DNA of 64,000 nt from Bugula neritina (GCA_964035545.1 OZ037770.1:4558662-4622661); one strand, 5' to 3'. Shown: positions 10,476-22,837, numbered from the stretch's first letter. Notes: generated from the letters alone by a model not told the origin. Translations and numbers: made by a program.

Positions 10476-13400
10476 TGTGACCAGTCGCGACAAAACCGGG
10501 GATGTGGCGGCGTTTATAAAGTGTAGTAAATGAAGGTTTAATTTGGATATACTTAAATTTGAAATTAATTTTCAGTTTTTAGGTTTTGAACTTTTCTAAT
10601 ACAAAAAAATCCAAGGATTTCAAAAATCATACTTTCGCAAGCATTTGATGATTCCTTCAGCTTCAAAATTCCATTTAAAGTTGGTAACTAAGGCATTCAA
10701 TTTGTTAAATGGTGAAAAAATTGCGAAGTTATCAAATAAAGAAAGAAGACAATTTTAGTCATTTTCATAGCGTGAGATCTTGCAAATTTATTTTTTATCA
10801 AATGAATTTAGCTTACACCTCTTTCTTCGCATTGTCAGAAGCATCGTATTTAAAATCGCAGGCTAGTTTTAGTTTTTCATCGTGCTCCATCCAAAGTTAG
10901 CTTTTAAGTTACTGAGCTGTTTTGCCCTTTGGTGATAAATGCTAAACTTAATTTTTATCTTTAGCGTTCAAGCTTAAAAATCACAACAATACAGGTAATT
11001 ATACTTAAAACCATCCTTTACGCTATTAACTTAGAATTGTTGCCAGGATTATTTGTAGTTATCAATTTATTTATATTCATACTATCACTAGGACTGGAGT
11101 ATGTCTATTCTTATTCTATACTACTACTAGATACTATTTAAATGACTCTCACTATGACTCACAGTTTGAGGTACGGTTACTCATAATGATAATCATAATG
11201 AATATTATTCATGATTTACTGATGCAGGTATTTGGCAGTAAAACTAAATGTAGCTCATTAATATTAATAGTATAAGTAATAATTAATAATTATAAATTCA
11301 CTATTTCAATTTGAGTCTGACTCTGAGTTTCACCTTCGGTCTTAAAACTTGATACTTATACTGATAGTATTATATTTATTAATTTATTCTATAGTTGATA
11401 TTTAAATTTACTTTGGACTTATTCTTAGTAACTTTTAGCCTCTGTCTTAGATTTTGTGAATACAGTTACTGATTACTATTACTATTACTATTACTATTAG
11501 TATTAACGTTAGGCCTACTAGTCAAGCTACCGTTTCCTTTTGTGATTTTCAAATTAGCTCAAAGTTTGATTTAAAATATAATGATAAAATCTTTATCACA
11601 TTATGCAGGCTTACAGTTACTGTCAAAACTCAATTGGTAATCCTATTTATATTGATAAAAGCATCACCTATAACCAAATTGAAATGGTAAATGTGATTAA
11701 ATGTAAATGAGTATAATGATGAAATATTAATGTGAGTTCATATTGATTCTATAGTTGACTGACTTAGTTCTTCAATAAGTTACTTTTAGTCTTATTTAGT
11801 GAGTAGTAACACTAAATGAATGCATAAATAGTCTAAACTTTTTAATTTTATTATAAAGGATGAGCAAAAGTTTATTCATATTTTAAAGTAATTTATTGAA
11901 TTCAAATTGATTTCATAGTAAATGTCTTTAATATATTCAGTTGCATTTAGCTAGCTTTTTTACTCAATTAAATGCCTGAGTGGTTAATAGTTATCGAAAG
12001 ACATTGCTTCAAAATTGCCAATTGCAGATATGCTAGATATTCAAGTGCATAATGTGTAATTTTACTGATAATACTATGTTAATGTAGAATAATACTATAT
12101 TTTGTACATTTTAGAAAGTGGGCTTATGAGAGCATTCGAGTGAAGACTTATACCTACACAACTCTACTACCTATCAATCTAACACTCCTAATGTAGACAC
12201 TCTGAATTTTGGCTTGCAAGGTTATGGCTTGTGCTTATTTCATTCATAAAAAGGTTTGCAGTCTTTTAATGATGTGCTTAAAAATTTTCAACAATTTTTT
12301 TAATTTAAATTGTTCTGTTTAAATGCTGATAAAATGCAGGATGACAATTAACTGCTGCCATAATAGTACCACAAGACTGTTTAACCAACTAATTTTTTAT
12401 AATATAACTGCGTATATATAGTTTCTAATCAAGCTACCGTTTTCTTTTGTTATTTAAAAAAGTCAACATTGTACTTGCAGCTCTGAAATAGACAATAGAT
12501 GGGTAGATTGGCAGAATAGATGTCAAGTAGCGGCATCTATAATTGCTAGAAAATCAGCTGATGATAGTGATGAAGCTTTTGCCACATACATGATGTTATG
12601 TGTCCATACTCTGTAAACTCATATTATGAAGACCAAGGAAGTAGAAAGATGAAAAGTGCCTTTTTTGCAAAAACCGTAGAAGCTACCTAATTTTCTTTTC
12701 TTGATAAGAGTTAATTCAAGCATAATGGTTGTATCCAAGCTCGATTTGTTACTGCATTTAATTAGTTTTTTTAAAATAATGTATTTGATGTTTTAAATGT
12801 GAATATTAATGCCTAATAAAACTCAAAAGTTCTAATCGCTGATTTTATGTTCATATTTTCAACATCAATTGCTAAATTTAATTGCCGTTAGAGATTATAA
12901 AGATATTTATGAATGAATCTCGAATGATCTCATAATAGTCAAATGATTTTCTCATAAGTGTTCTACTCATTAAGCAATAACTATGAAACAGCACAGCTCA
13001 ATAGCTGCAGTTCGATATATTGTAGTAATTTGTGCAATTACTGAGCGTGAGTTATTTACTTGCGTGAGTTATTTACTTGCGTATAGTTAGCTGGTTATTC
13101 TGCTATCAATTACTAGGGTAGCTGTCGAGTAATTATATTTATTATCCACAATAAAGCATAAAACAAACATCACATCAAATTATCCTATACAAGAGTCAAC
13201 TACTAACACATGTTACTACTACAAGCCTCCGCTTACAACAACGTGATATAATGTTAATAACCCGGGAAGTGTCACGTGAATCGGAAGCATATCTTCCGGA
13301 GCTGCTAATTGGTTGCTACATAAGGGTCTAAGTATTCCAAGAGTAGGGAGAGGGCGATTCCCGTATTTGTACTTTGCACTACTCACTACAATATTACACA

Positions 13401-13993
13401 ATATATTAGAGGAGAGGAAGATATTCAATGTTTAACAGGAAGCAGCTGCCATTTTGTTTTATATGACTTCCTGCTAACTTGGATGCCTAATTTAAATATC
13501 TCAACACACAAATTTGCTGAAACATCCTCCTCTTTGCTGGAATTGTTGAACCTTTCAATCATTAAACAAAGTAAAAAGCAAATTGACAAATAAATTAGAC
13601 AAAAAGTTTGGCGGCCATATTTGACCTAATTTTATGTTGAGGCAGCATTTAAATTTAGTTTAACAGAAAGCCCAAACTTTCACAATTATTTTGATACCAA
13701 ATTTGTCACTATTCCTATTATACAAAGACCCGTTGCTAAGGCTTGTAAATTGTAAACAAATAATTCTCAATTTATTCTAGAGTTGCCAACTTTAAACGCG
13801 ATTTTCTCGAAACAGTAATTTAGAAATTCTAATAACGTTAAAGTTTTTAAATACTGATATCTCGAGTTTTATTTATGCTAGAGACTTCAAATAAAGTGCA
13901 AAATGTTCAAAAAAGTCTGCTCTATCACTCTATAGCAATAACTCAGTTTTCAACATTTTATATACATCCCTCGCTTTGTGGTGCCAGGTCACA
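10476..13993. mobile_element. Non-autonomous DNA transposon with ~30-bp imperfect TIRs inserted in (TA)n
   Basis: Left TGTGACCAGTCGCGACAAAACCGGGGATGT; reverse complement of right end TGTGACCTGGCACCACAAAGCGAGGGATGT. Both flanks are TA repeats. No transposase ORF; superfamily not assigned. Confidence 0.7.
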
Positions 13994-16900
13994 TATATAT
14001 ATATAAATACGTATGATCAGGCATAGAAGTAGCAAGTTCAATAAATAATGCAAACATGCAGAAGGTGTAACAGCTGTGTACTTTTGTGAAGGAATAAGTC
14101 AGGGCTTTTTTATAGCAATACATCCTATAAGTATCTTATAAACACGGGAAATAATATGTTAGTTCTCTAATTACTTTTCTTAAACATACATTACAATATT
14201 GAACGTCAAAACCGATTTTGTAAAAAAGTAGAATCTATAAAAATTCAAGCTGCAAAGCCTAACTAAAAGGCACATTGCAGGGGTGATTAGTCCTGTCAAT
14301 TATTAATAATTTTAGTTTTTATATCCGTTGATAAAAGTCCTATTTTTGCAGGTAGAGTCTTGATATATAGGTGTCAGTTGTAGAGTATTATGTTTTTTAA
14401 ACATAAAAATATACCGTCTTGCAAGAGTAGAGAATCTAAAGATCCTAAGAGCTGATGCTGACATAGAAAGGATGTCCTGAGTACACATGCTATAGCATTT
14501 CTTTGACAAAACCTAATCATCTAGTAGCTCACTTGTTTTTGGAACTCAATCTAAAAATATAAATAGCAGTTTTCTCAATACACTGAAAAGTAATTTGCAA
14601 CTTTTTGAATTTGAATTAAATTGTTCATACACCACAGTTAGTACTAGAGTACTGTAAAATCTACCTATACTGTAATCAGATCAAAGCTGCCAGCTGATAA
14701 CTTTTTAAAAAACACAGCTCATAATTACAATTACTATTAGGTTGGATGCTCCCTTGAAATTGTAATTTTTAAATAATTTTTTAGTAGATATGATTGCCGT
14801 GATGACTCCAATTCTTTTGAAACATATGCTTATAATGTATTTTAAGTTGGTCACTCACAGTAAATGTAGTTTGGTATGCAAGTAGTAGTACAATGAGAGT
14901 TACTAAACAGAAGATTTTTAGTGCCAAACTATATTTTCTATGTGCCCACTCAACTACAGTACTCTAAATAATTGGAGAAAAAAGTGAGTCAATAATAAAT
15001 TTGGCCATTTTTCTTACATAATGATGAAATGAACTCTGACAATTTTGATCTAGTCTTACAGTTTTAATAATAGTTCTACCATCAATGCATTCTTATTATA
15101 CTATGCCTTTTTTATGAATATAAAACTCAATTTTGAAGTTTAGTTATACTGTGCAATGCTATAATAATAATAACAATATGAATATGAATATAATATTAAT
15201 AATATATATACTACGCAGTATAGGTCTACTGTAATACTAATAGTAATAGTACAACTATACAAATCCTATAAAATTAATTAAAAATAAATATATTATTGCT
15301 TGAAAGCAATATGAAATATGCAAATTTGCTGAAGGAAGCAGTGGTACTCACTTACCCTTGAAGTTAAACTCTTAAAGTTAATCAAAGTACACTCTTTCAT
15401 CCTAGGTTTGAGAGGTAAAAGACGTTTTTCACTCCATTTTGAAATCATATTCCCACCGCCAGTTGGCAAGTTCACTTCACAGATTGCGTTTTAACATCGA
15501 ATTTTTTATTTACCGGGCTAGCTTTTACTAGTAACATATCCAATCGGGCAAGATAAGTAACCCTTACAGCTGCGTATGATATTATGCAGAGCAGTTTGTT
15601 TGAGGACAGTGCACTGCAGCTGCGGAATTACTAGGGTAGGTTTTGGGGGGGTGAATGTGAATTATAAACGTTCTATGTGCTTTTTTGAAAGCATTATGAT
15701 AGCATACGCTTTAGTCATTTACATGTAAAATAAAACTTATTGTTTTATAAATTATAATTTACTTATTTATTTATTTTACTATTGATTTAAAAACTTGATA
15801 AAACGTTGAGCACCCCCTCATAATACCACAACCGCACTCCACTCCTTTAGTTATAACCTAATTAGATTAGAAGTCACATCTTCGATACAAACAAGCTATT
15901 CCGATGTCTGCTGCTGGCATTAGCTTGAAACTGCAGTGAAGCTTTTATAACTGAGCTAGTAGACTGAAAGTGCACTACCTATAGTTAGCTACCAATGTTA
16001 TGAATTGGTGTAAGCAGTAAAGGAAATGAGTAGTATATGTGTACAGAAACTTGTACTCAAATGCTTATAGAACCCCATTATAGTTACGGTTATTTGAGAT
16101 TCAGTCAGGTCCAACAGAAATTGTGAAATTAAATACCCATTTATATTACATCATGCTGAATCTGGTCACAGAATTGGCTATTTAAAGCTAATTGTAATTA
16201 AAACCATATTGCAATATAAAATAACCTGCCTAAGTTGCTCCTTATTGACGAGTAGTCTAGTTGGGCATTTAAGTTCAAACCATGAGCTCATTTCAGCTAA
16301 AAATAGCAACACCTTGTCACTGCCTATGAATGGCTTGCATGCATGGTTACTGCCAGAGCCATTAGCAAAATGGCTTACTGCTATTGCAAGTCTGCTACAT
16401 ACAAGCCTCCTACTTGCAAGCACTATTTATCAATCAGAAACTACTTATGTAATTGTAAGCTACCAGAATTTTAATACCATAATATTATAAAAAACGTTGT
16501 CTGGTAGGTGCGATATAAGCAGAAAAGCTAAAACAGCCTAAATTCTTAAATTTTTTAAAGAAATTCTAATTTGGTAACATGGCGGAATTCTCTCTAAACT
16601 TTTTAAGCTGCGTCTCACCGCCTGTAATAGGCCCAATAATACGAAATGCAGGGTTTAATTTCTCAATACCCTCATCACTGCACATACCTCATACTTATTA
16701 TACTTAGCTGATAACACTTTACTACTATTGTTGAAAAATAGTTATGCAATTACTATTCAATTGACTAAAAATTCTCTCCAACAATTTTGTAGATTCTGAA
16801 AACAAAGTTAATGTTTTAAAATAACAATACAGTAAGTTTGGTTACAGATATATTATTAGTATAATTTAGATTACTCTACAGAACAACAAATTTGCATTGA

Positions 16901-17151
16901 AATCACACACAAAAAGCATAAAATTTAGTGGCCCAAACTCTCACTAGCATCCTTAGATGTCTGGGTTATCATACAGGCTGTATTACTAAACTGCTTTGCA
17001 CTAGAAAGAAACAAGTCAAAGCAAGAAATGTACGCAGGCTTCAGAAACCGCTTTATATAAATACAACTGAAATCTAGATTCAGGGTAGAATGCGCATTGT
17101 ACAGCCTCGCGTCTATAGGCAGTACAACAATATTGCAACCACCAAGAATCC

Positions 17152-17423
17152 TGTTGAATGTGTTGCCATTGTGTTTAGTATTTATTATGAAATACGTTAT
17201 TGATTGCTGATTTAACTTATCGAGCAAACTGACTGACTGATTTAATTAATTGATAATAAAATATTTATTAGAATGAAAAACAGCGTGATGGTTTTGTATA
17301 ATATAAAACGGAAGAGAGAGTAAACAAGTATACAGCGATTCTAGTAAAGCAATTAGTTAGCATATTATCACGTGATTGTCATGAATGTGATTAGCGATAG
17401 GATCGCATGATTGTTTCTCAACA
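17152..17423 (-). repeat. Copia 3' LTR
   Basis: Direct repeat of 21520-21791, adjacent to the PPT. Confidence 0.95.
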
Positions 17424-17430
17424 CGCCCCC

Positions 17431-20400
17431 TCAAGCATGTGATTCGATAGCTAGTAACTCCAGTGCAATTCTGTGATTGGTTTTAGGCAAGCTCTTAGTC
17501 ATGACATCGGCAGGGTTCTCTGCTCCTCTGATGTGTTGGTACGCTATGGTGGTTTGCTCTCTGACAAAGTGGAATCTAATGTCAATGTGTTTGCTCCTCT
17601 GATGTGAGTATGGTTGTCCCTTGGTGAGGGCAATGGCTCCAAGGTTGTCAGTGAAAAGTGTGTTAAGGTTAGGCTGTTTCATCTTGAATGTTTTGCACAA
17701 AGTCTGTAGGAATAGCATCTCCTTTGTGGCTTCGGCTAATGCCATGTATTCGGCCTCGCATGATGATAAGGCCACTGTGGGTTGTCGTCGGCTGTTCCAA
17801 CTTATAGGGGCTCCACCCAGTGTGAATACATATCCTGTAGTTGATCTTCGTGTAGAGGTTTCTCCGCCCCAATCTGCATCCACATAGCCCACTAGTTCTT
17901 GTTGATTGGGAGTGAATCTCAGATTGAATCCTTTTGTACCTTTAAGGTATCGTAGCAGCCGCTTCAAGGCAGCAATATGTGCAGGTCCAGGTCTTTCTAG
18001 GTGTTGGGAGAGCTTCCCAATGATCCATGCTAGGTCTGGACGTGTGGCGGTCATTAGGTATATGAGAGAACCTATAACTTGTCTGTAGGGGTAGTCCTTT
18101 GAACGCTCATATTCGTCGTCTGTTGCTTTTTCTAGTTGTAAGTCCTTTTCAGCAGGGGTATATACAGGGTTGCAATCTGCCATATTGTAGGTGTTCAGCA
18201 GCGTGTCTATGTAGCGCTCCTGTGACATAGTGTACTGGTCCTCATGTCTCCTGAAGTCTATCCCCAGGAACCAGCTTAATTCTCCTCTATCATCCATGTT
18301 AAATTTTTGTTGCATCATAGATTTGGTTTGTGTGATTCTGTTGTCGTCTCGGCAGCAGAGAAGGATGTCATCGACCCAGAAAAGAATTATGATGTTGGCT
18401 GATTTATCTGAAGGGTCCTCTTTTGAGTATAGACAAGGGTCTCCAGCACCAGGTGTGAAGCCTTGCTCCTTGAGGAAAGTGGTCAGTGTTTGGTGCCAAT
18501 TGCGTCCGCTTTGTTTGAGGCCATAAATGGATTTGTTGAGACGACAAGAAAGCTTCCCTTGTTTGTTGGTTTCTTCGTACCCTTCAGGCTGTTGTAGATA
18601 AATTTCCTTATCGATTGGTGCGTTTAGGTACGCTCCTTTAACATCTAGTTGATGTATTTTCATGTTTTCATTTGCTGCTTTCTGTAACAGCAATCTGATA
18701 GATGTGAATCTGGTGGTTGGACTGTAAGTTTCGTCATAGTCAACTCCTTGTATTTGTGAAAATCCTTTTGCTACATATCTAGCTTTATGTTGAGTTTCAC
18801 CTGGCGTTTTTCCCTGTTTGAGGGTATAAACCCATCTGCCCTTGGTCTCTGTCCTGTCTTCAGGTAGCGGCTGGATAGACCAGGTGTTTGAATCACGTAG
18901 GGTGTTTATTTCCTTGTCCATGGCTTTCTTCCAGGCTTCTTTATCTTTTGAATTTACAGCTTCTTGGTAGGACTGTGGTATGTTTGCCATCAGTGAGCAA
19001 GCATAGTCAGTGTCTTCTATGTCATAGTCCTGTAGGTATGTAGGAGGCTTTCGTTTCCGTTCCGATTTACGTGGTTCAGGTTGGTTGGTGGCCTTTGCCG
19101 GATCTGGTGCAGGTTCTTGTGGTATGGTATTCTGAGTACCATTTCTGCTGTTTAGTGCGGGTCCTTGTGGCATGACGTTCATTGCGTCATTTCCGCATGT
19201 TTGTGCAGGTTCTTGTGGCATGGTATTCTGGGTACCATTTCTGCTGTTTTGTGCGGGTCCTTGTGGTATGACGTTCATTGCGTCATTTCCGCATATTTGT
19301 GCAGGTTCTTGTGGCATGGTATTCTGAGTACCATTTCTGCTGTTTTGTGCGGGTCCTTGTGGTATGACGTTCATTGCGTCATTTCCGCATATTTGTGGTA
19401 TGACATTTCTGGATGTAACAATTTTCTGATTAGGGGTAAGTATAAGGTAGCCTTGGGCCTTTGTGTTGACACCAAGATATATGCCGCTTTGTCCGCGGTC
19501 ACTGAGTTTTAACTTATTTCCCTCTGAAAAGAATGTGCATTGGGATCCAAAATTGTGAATTTTCCTCATGTCGGGTAGCGTGCCTGTGAATAACTCATAA
19601 GCTGTCTTTCCCGTCCGTCTCTGGTAGCTTCGGTTTCTTAGGTACTTAGCATGGTCAGCGGCAAAACTCCAGAAAGTCTTGGGGAGATTTGAATCTTTAA
19701 GTAGGCATCGTGCTGTGTCCATTATGGTGCGCCAAGTCCTCTCTGATTTACCATTCTGGTAGGATGAGTAGGGTGCTGTAGTGGTGTGTTTGATTCCCCT
19801 CTCGCGTAGCACGACTTCAAATGGCTGTCCAAGGTACTCCATGCCGTTGTCAGTATGGATCTCCTTCACATTTCCTATAGGTGCCACATCTGCAATGAAT
19901 TGCTTAAGTGCAGTGGTGGCATCACTTTTGTGGCGTATATTGTAGGTGAACAACATACTGGAAAATTCATCTATGAAGTTTATTATGTAGTTTTCTCCTC
20001 CTCTAGCAGTTGGTGTGATGGGTCCGCATAAGTCAGAGTGTACACGTTGTAGAGGTTGTGTAGCTAGTTCAGGTTTATCGTCTTGTTTGTGAGGTTGTTT
20101 GGTGATTTTACTTTCGTCACATGTCTTGCATGCAATTTTTAATTTTGCTCCAGTTATGGTCATACCTGTTGTCACTTTCTCCAGCTCAATTATGTCATTG
20201 GTGTTCATATGACCCAGTGCCCTGTGCCAATCGGGCAGCAATTTTGCGGTGTTTATTGAGTCACCTGTATGGGTTGTCTTGAGGAAGTACAATCTGCCTT
20301 TGGGCATAATTGGAAAAGTTGTCCTGTCGACTGTCAGTATATTTTTCTCTCTAGAGAAATGTACTTTTGCCCCTTTTTGTGTGGCGGCGTGGACTGAAAA

Positions 20401-21537
20401 TAGGCTTGTTGGTATTGTTGGTGCTAGCAAAGCGTCTTTTAGGTGAATCTGCTGCTCCATGTTGTTGTCATCAGTAATAGTAAACTGTGCTGTGCCTTTG
20501 GCTACAGCCAGCTTGTTTGTTTTGCGACCATCTGCCATCTCTATGTAGTGGTTCTCAGGCGTGAAGCTCTTATCAAAACTAATGAAGTTGTTCTCATTGT
20601 TCACCAGATGACTTGTAGCTCCGCAGTCCACCATAAGCAACTGTCCTTCTTGAGATTTATCTTGTGTGGCTATGTTGCATTGGTTTGATGTATTCACAGT
20701 GAAGGCATATGTGGCATTTGCAGATGAAATTTCAGTTTTACTTGTCCTTTTCTTTGTCCTGCAAACTGATTCGATATGTCCAGCTTTCTTGCAGTAGTTA
20801 CAAAATAGTTTGTGCTTTGAGTAACAATCTTTTGTAGAATGATTGCTTTTACCACAAGCAGTGCACTGTTTATCACGTTTGCTAGTGGGTTTGAAATTGT
20901 CTTTTCCTTTAAATACCATGGCTGTAGATTGAGAGCACCTTGCCGACTCAGTAAGGTCAAAGTTGGTTAGAGCTGCTTTGAACTCTGATAGGGTTTGGTT
21001 TTTGTCAAGTTGCGTATGTACTACAACAAAAGGCTGGTAGGATGTTGGTAATCCTTTCATAATCATTGCGATCACCAAATTGTCATTAATATTTTCCCCA
21101 GCAGACTTGAGGCCTGCTGAGTAGTTCTCAGCACGAATCAGGTAATCTGTAATGTCTTCTGTATCATTCATTTTTACAGTTGTAAGTTGTTCATAAAGAG
21201 TTAATACTCTAGGCTTTTGTGTACTTGCATAGTGTTCTTTTAGAATTTTGAATGCTTTCCGTCCATCGTCTTTGGCATCTCTCATCACAAGTTGAAGAGA
21301 CTTTTCGTCTAAAACTTGTACAAGCTCAGCGTAAGCTCGCTTATTCTTTTTGTTGAAGTCAGCAGCGTTATCTTCTCCTTCTTCTTTGGGTAGAAGTGCG
21401 GTGTGTACTCCTTCATCTTGTGTGTACAAGTATGAAGTGAATCTTGTTTCCCAAATTGAGAAATTGTTTGAATCACCATCAAAGAGAAGCCTGTGTTTGA
21501 AGCCACTGGGCCCATAACCTGTTGAATGTGTTGCCAT
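17431..21537 (-). CDS. pol: Copia gag-pol polyprotein, 1368 aa
   Basis: Two CCHC knuckles, protease VDCGAT, integrase WHRALGH..CKTC, VHSDLCGP, HTDNG, SER; RT KARYVAKGFSQ, QLDVKGAYLNA, WVDD; RNase H YVDADW, CEAEY, TDN, ENPAD. Integrase precedes RT, the Copia order. Confidence 0.97.
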   Translation of the reverse strand: MATHSTGYGPSGFKHRLLFDGDSNNFSIWETRFTSYLYTQDEGVHTALLPKEEGEDNAADFNKKNKRAYAELVQVLDEKSLQLVMRDAKDDGRKAFKILKEHYASTQKPRVLTLYEQLTTVKMNDTEDITDYLIRAENYSAGLKSAGENINDNLVIAMIMKGLPTSYQPFVVVHTQLDKNQTLSEFKAALTNFDLTESARCSQSTAMVFKGKDNFKPTSKRDKQCTACGKSNHSTKDCYSKHKLFCNYCKKAGHIESVCRTKKRTSKTEISSANATYAFTVNTSNQCNIATQDKSQEGQLLMVDCGATSHLVNNENNFISFDKSFTPENHYIEMADGRKTNKLAVAKGTAQFTITDDNNMEQQIHLKDALLAPTIPTSLFSVHAATQKGAKVHFSREKNILTVDRTTFPIMPKGRLYFLKTTHTGDSINTAKLLPDWHRALGHMNTNDIIELEKVTTGMTITGAKLKIACKTCDESKITKQPHKQDDKPELATQPLQRVHSDLCGPITPTARGGENYIINFIDEFSSMLFTYNIRHKSDATTALKQFIADVAPIGNVKEIHTDNGMEYLGQPFEVVLRERGIKHTTTAPYSSYQNGKSERTWRTIMDTARCLLKDSNLPKTFWSFAADHAKYLRNRSYQRRTGKTAYELFTGTLPDMRKIHNFGSQCTFFSEGNKLKLSDRGQSGIYLGVNTKAQGYLILTPNQKIVTSRNVIPQICGNDAMNVIPQGPAQNSRNGTQNTMPQEPAQICGNDAMNVIPQGPAQNSRNGTQNTMPQEPAQTCGNDAMNVMPQGPALNSRNGTQNTIPQEPAPDPAKATNQPEPRKSERKRKPPTYLQDYDIEDTDYACSLMANIPQSYQEAVNSKDKEAWKKAMDKEINTLRDSNTWSIQPLPEDRTETKGRWVYTLKQGKTPGETQHKARYVAKGFSQIQGVDYDETYSPTTRFTSIRLLLQKAANENMKIHQLDVKGAYLNAPIDKEIYLQQPEGYEETNKQGKLSCRLNKSIYGLKQSGRNWHQTLTTFLKEQGFTPGAGDPCLYSKEDPSDKSANIIILFWVDDILLCCRDDNRITQTKSMMQQKFNMDDRGELSWFLGIDFRRHEDQYTMSQERYIDTLLNTYNMADCNPVYTPAEKDLQLEKATDDEYERSKDYPYRQVIGSLIYLMTATRPDLAWIIGKLSQHLERPGPAHIAALKRLLRYLKGTKGFNLRFTPNQQELVGYVDADWGGETSTRRSTTGYVFTLGGAPISWNSRRQPTVALSSCEAEYMALAEATKEMLFLQTLCKTFKMKQPNLNTLFTDNLGAIALTKGQPYSHQRSKHIDIRFHFVREQTTIAYQHIRGAENPADVMTKSLPKTNHRIALELLAIESHA
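19108..19405 (-). repeat. In-frame 96-bp tandem repeat (x3; 48-bp subunits) between integrase and RT
   Basis: Encodes QICGNDAMNVIPQGPAQNSRNGTQNTMPQEPA three times. Confidence 0.95.
21506..21519 (-). promoter_or_regulatory. Copia primer-binding site (internal tRNA-iMet fragment type)
   Basis: GGTTATGGGCCCAG directly after the 5' LTR, the same motif as Drosophila copia. Confidence 0.85.
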
Positions 21538-21791
21538 TGTGTTTAGTATTTATTATGAAATACGTTATTGATTGCTGATTTAACTTATCGAGCAAACTGA
21601 CTGACTGATGTAATTAATTGATAATAAAATATTTATTAGAATGAAAAACAGCGTGATGGTTTTGTATAATATAAAACGGAAGAGAGAGTAAACAAGTATA
21701 CAGCGATTCTAGTAAAGCAATTAGTTAGCATATTATCACGTGATTGTCATGAATGTGATTAGCGATAGGATCGCATGATTGTTTCTCAACA
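21520..21791 (-). repeat. Copia 5' LTR
   Basis: Direct repeat of 17152-17423, adjacent to the PBS. Confidence 0.95.
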
Positions 21792-22585
21792 AATCCAACT
21801 ACTAGCTACTAAAATAATATAATAACCAGCCTCATACCGCCTTTTACCCATACCGCAGTTTACTGCAGGGATGAACTTTAACCCTTTGGTTTAGCGCGCA
21901 CAACATGAATCGTAGGCCGCATGAGCTCCCTGTAATCATTATGATGGCTACAATGCAGCGCAGCTCTACCGTGTTCAGCCAAGCGTGCAGACTGAGCGAT
22001 ATGTAAAATTTTTATTAAAATCAGTGTATAAATTACACGTTTACACCAATTCTATTGAGGTTATCTAAAAACTTTGAAAAGCCTCTAATACACAAATATC
22101 TTATAACACTATATTCCAATTTTTGCAGAGATATGTTGCTTGGGAATTGAATAATTCGTGGGGCACTGAGACCATGTTTTTTCATGCGAAAATGAGCAAA
22201 TTTTTGACAGTTTTTGGAGCATAAAAATGCAACGGGTTGGGTAGGTGAAAATTTTAAAAAAGCCTCTAATAGAGCAGCAAAATATTTACAAGATGGTTTT
22301 TGAATTTTGATTCTAGCCTCAAAATTAGTCGAGTTATGAGTGGGGCACTGTTTCATATATAATTATAAAGGAGCAATGAAATTACTGATTCAGTAGAAGG
22401 ATGACCTTAATCAAGCTGTGGACCTAGCTTTGAGTTAGTTAAATTATATTGCCAGAATGATTTAACTTGCAAGTCCGATAAAAATCACCTTGACCTAGTC
22501 TCTATATTCACAATATTGTTATTGAGGGCCGTCAACTTGACGCAACGTGTACTGCTCGATGGCTCTAATAATATTTTTTACTACA

Positions 22586-22837
22586 AATTATTCCTACTGG
22601 AGGATTCCAATGCCAAAGTAAGTGCTGATCACGACTCATCTCTCCTGCTTAAGACGCTTTGGTGTCAGAAGATTGAATGATAATGGTCAGATATTGCTTG
22701 AACTCAGTGCCCTCTACAACTTGTGCATTACCAACACTTATTTCAAAGCCAAGCCACAAAATTTCCACGTTGCAACCAATCCCTATTAGACATAATGCCA
22801 TCAGGAATGTTTTCCACACTCGCTCCTGTGAACAGTG
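22586..22837 (+). mobile_element. RTE LINE middle fragment (C-terminal half of APE endonuclease)
   Basis: LFLLEDSNAKVSADHDS...FGV..LNDNGQILLELSALYNLCITNTYFKAKPQ...IRNVFHTRS, a decayed version of GDFNARVG/NENG/ITNT. Confidence 0.8.

Larger units (their letters stand above)
17152..21791 (-). mobile_element. Full-length, apparently intact Ty1/Copia LTR retrotransposon
   Basis: 272-bp LTRs 17152-17423 and 21520-21791 (one mismatch seen), TG..CA ends, 5-bp TSD AATCC (17147-17151, 21792-21796), PBS GGTTATGGGCCCAG, PPT GAGGGGGCG. Confidence 0.97.
8116..22585. mobile_element. Unclassified 14,470-bp insertion splitting the RTE element
   Basis: AATT flanks it on both sides (8112-8115, 22586-22589). 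Termini are TGAAGTAAA...TTTACTACA (imperfect inverted, TG..CA). Removing it restores the in-frame RTE sequence STQQLFLL(G>E)D(F>S)NAKV. Confidence 0.65.

Noticed and set aside
16925-17227. 100-aa minus-strand ORF running out of the Copia 3' LTR
   Set aside because: LTR/flank chimera with no recognisable motif; cannot be supported as a gene.
19108-19405. Possible CRISPR-like array
   Set aside because: Eukaryotic context, no unique spacers; an in-frame coding tandem repeat.
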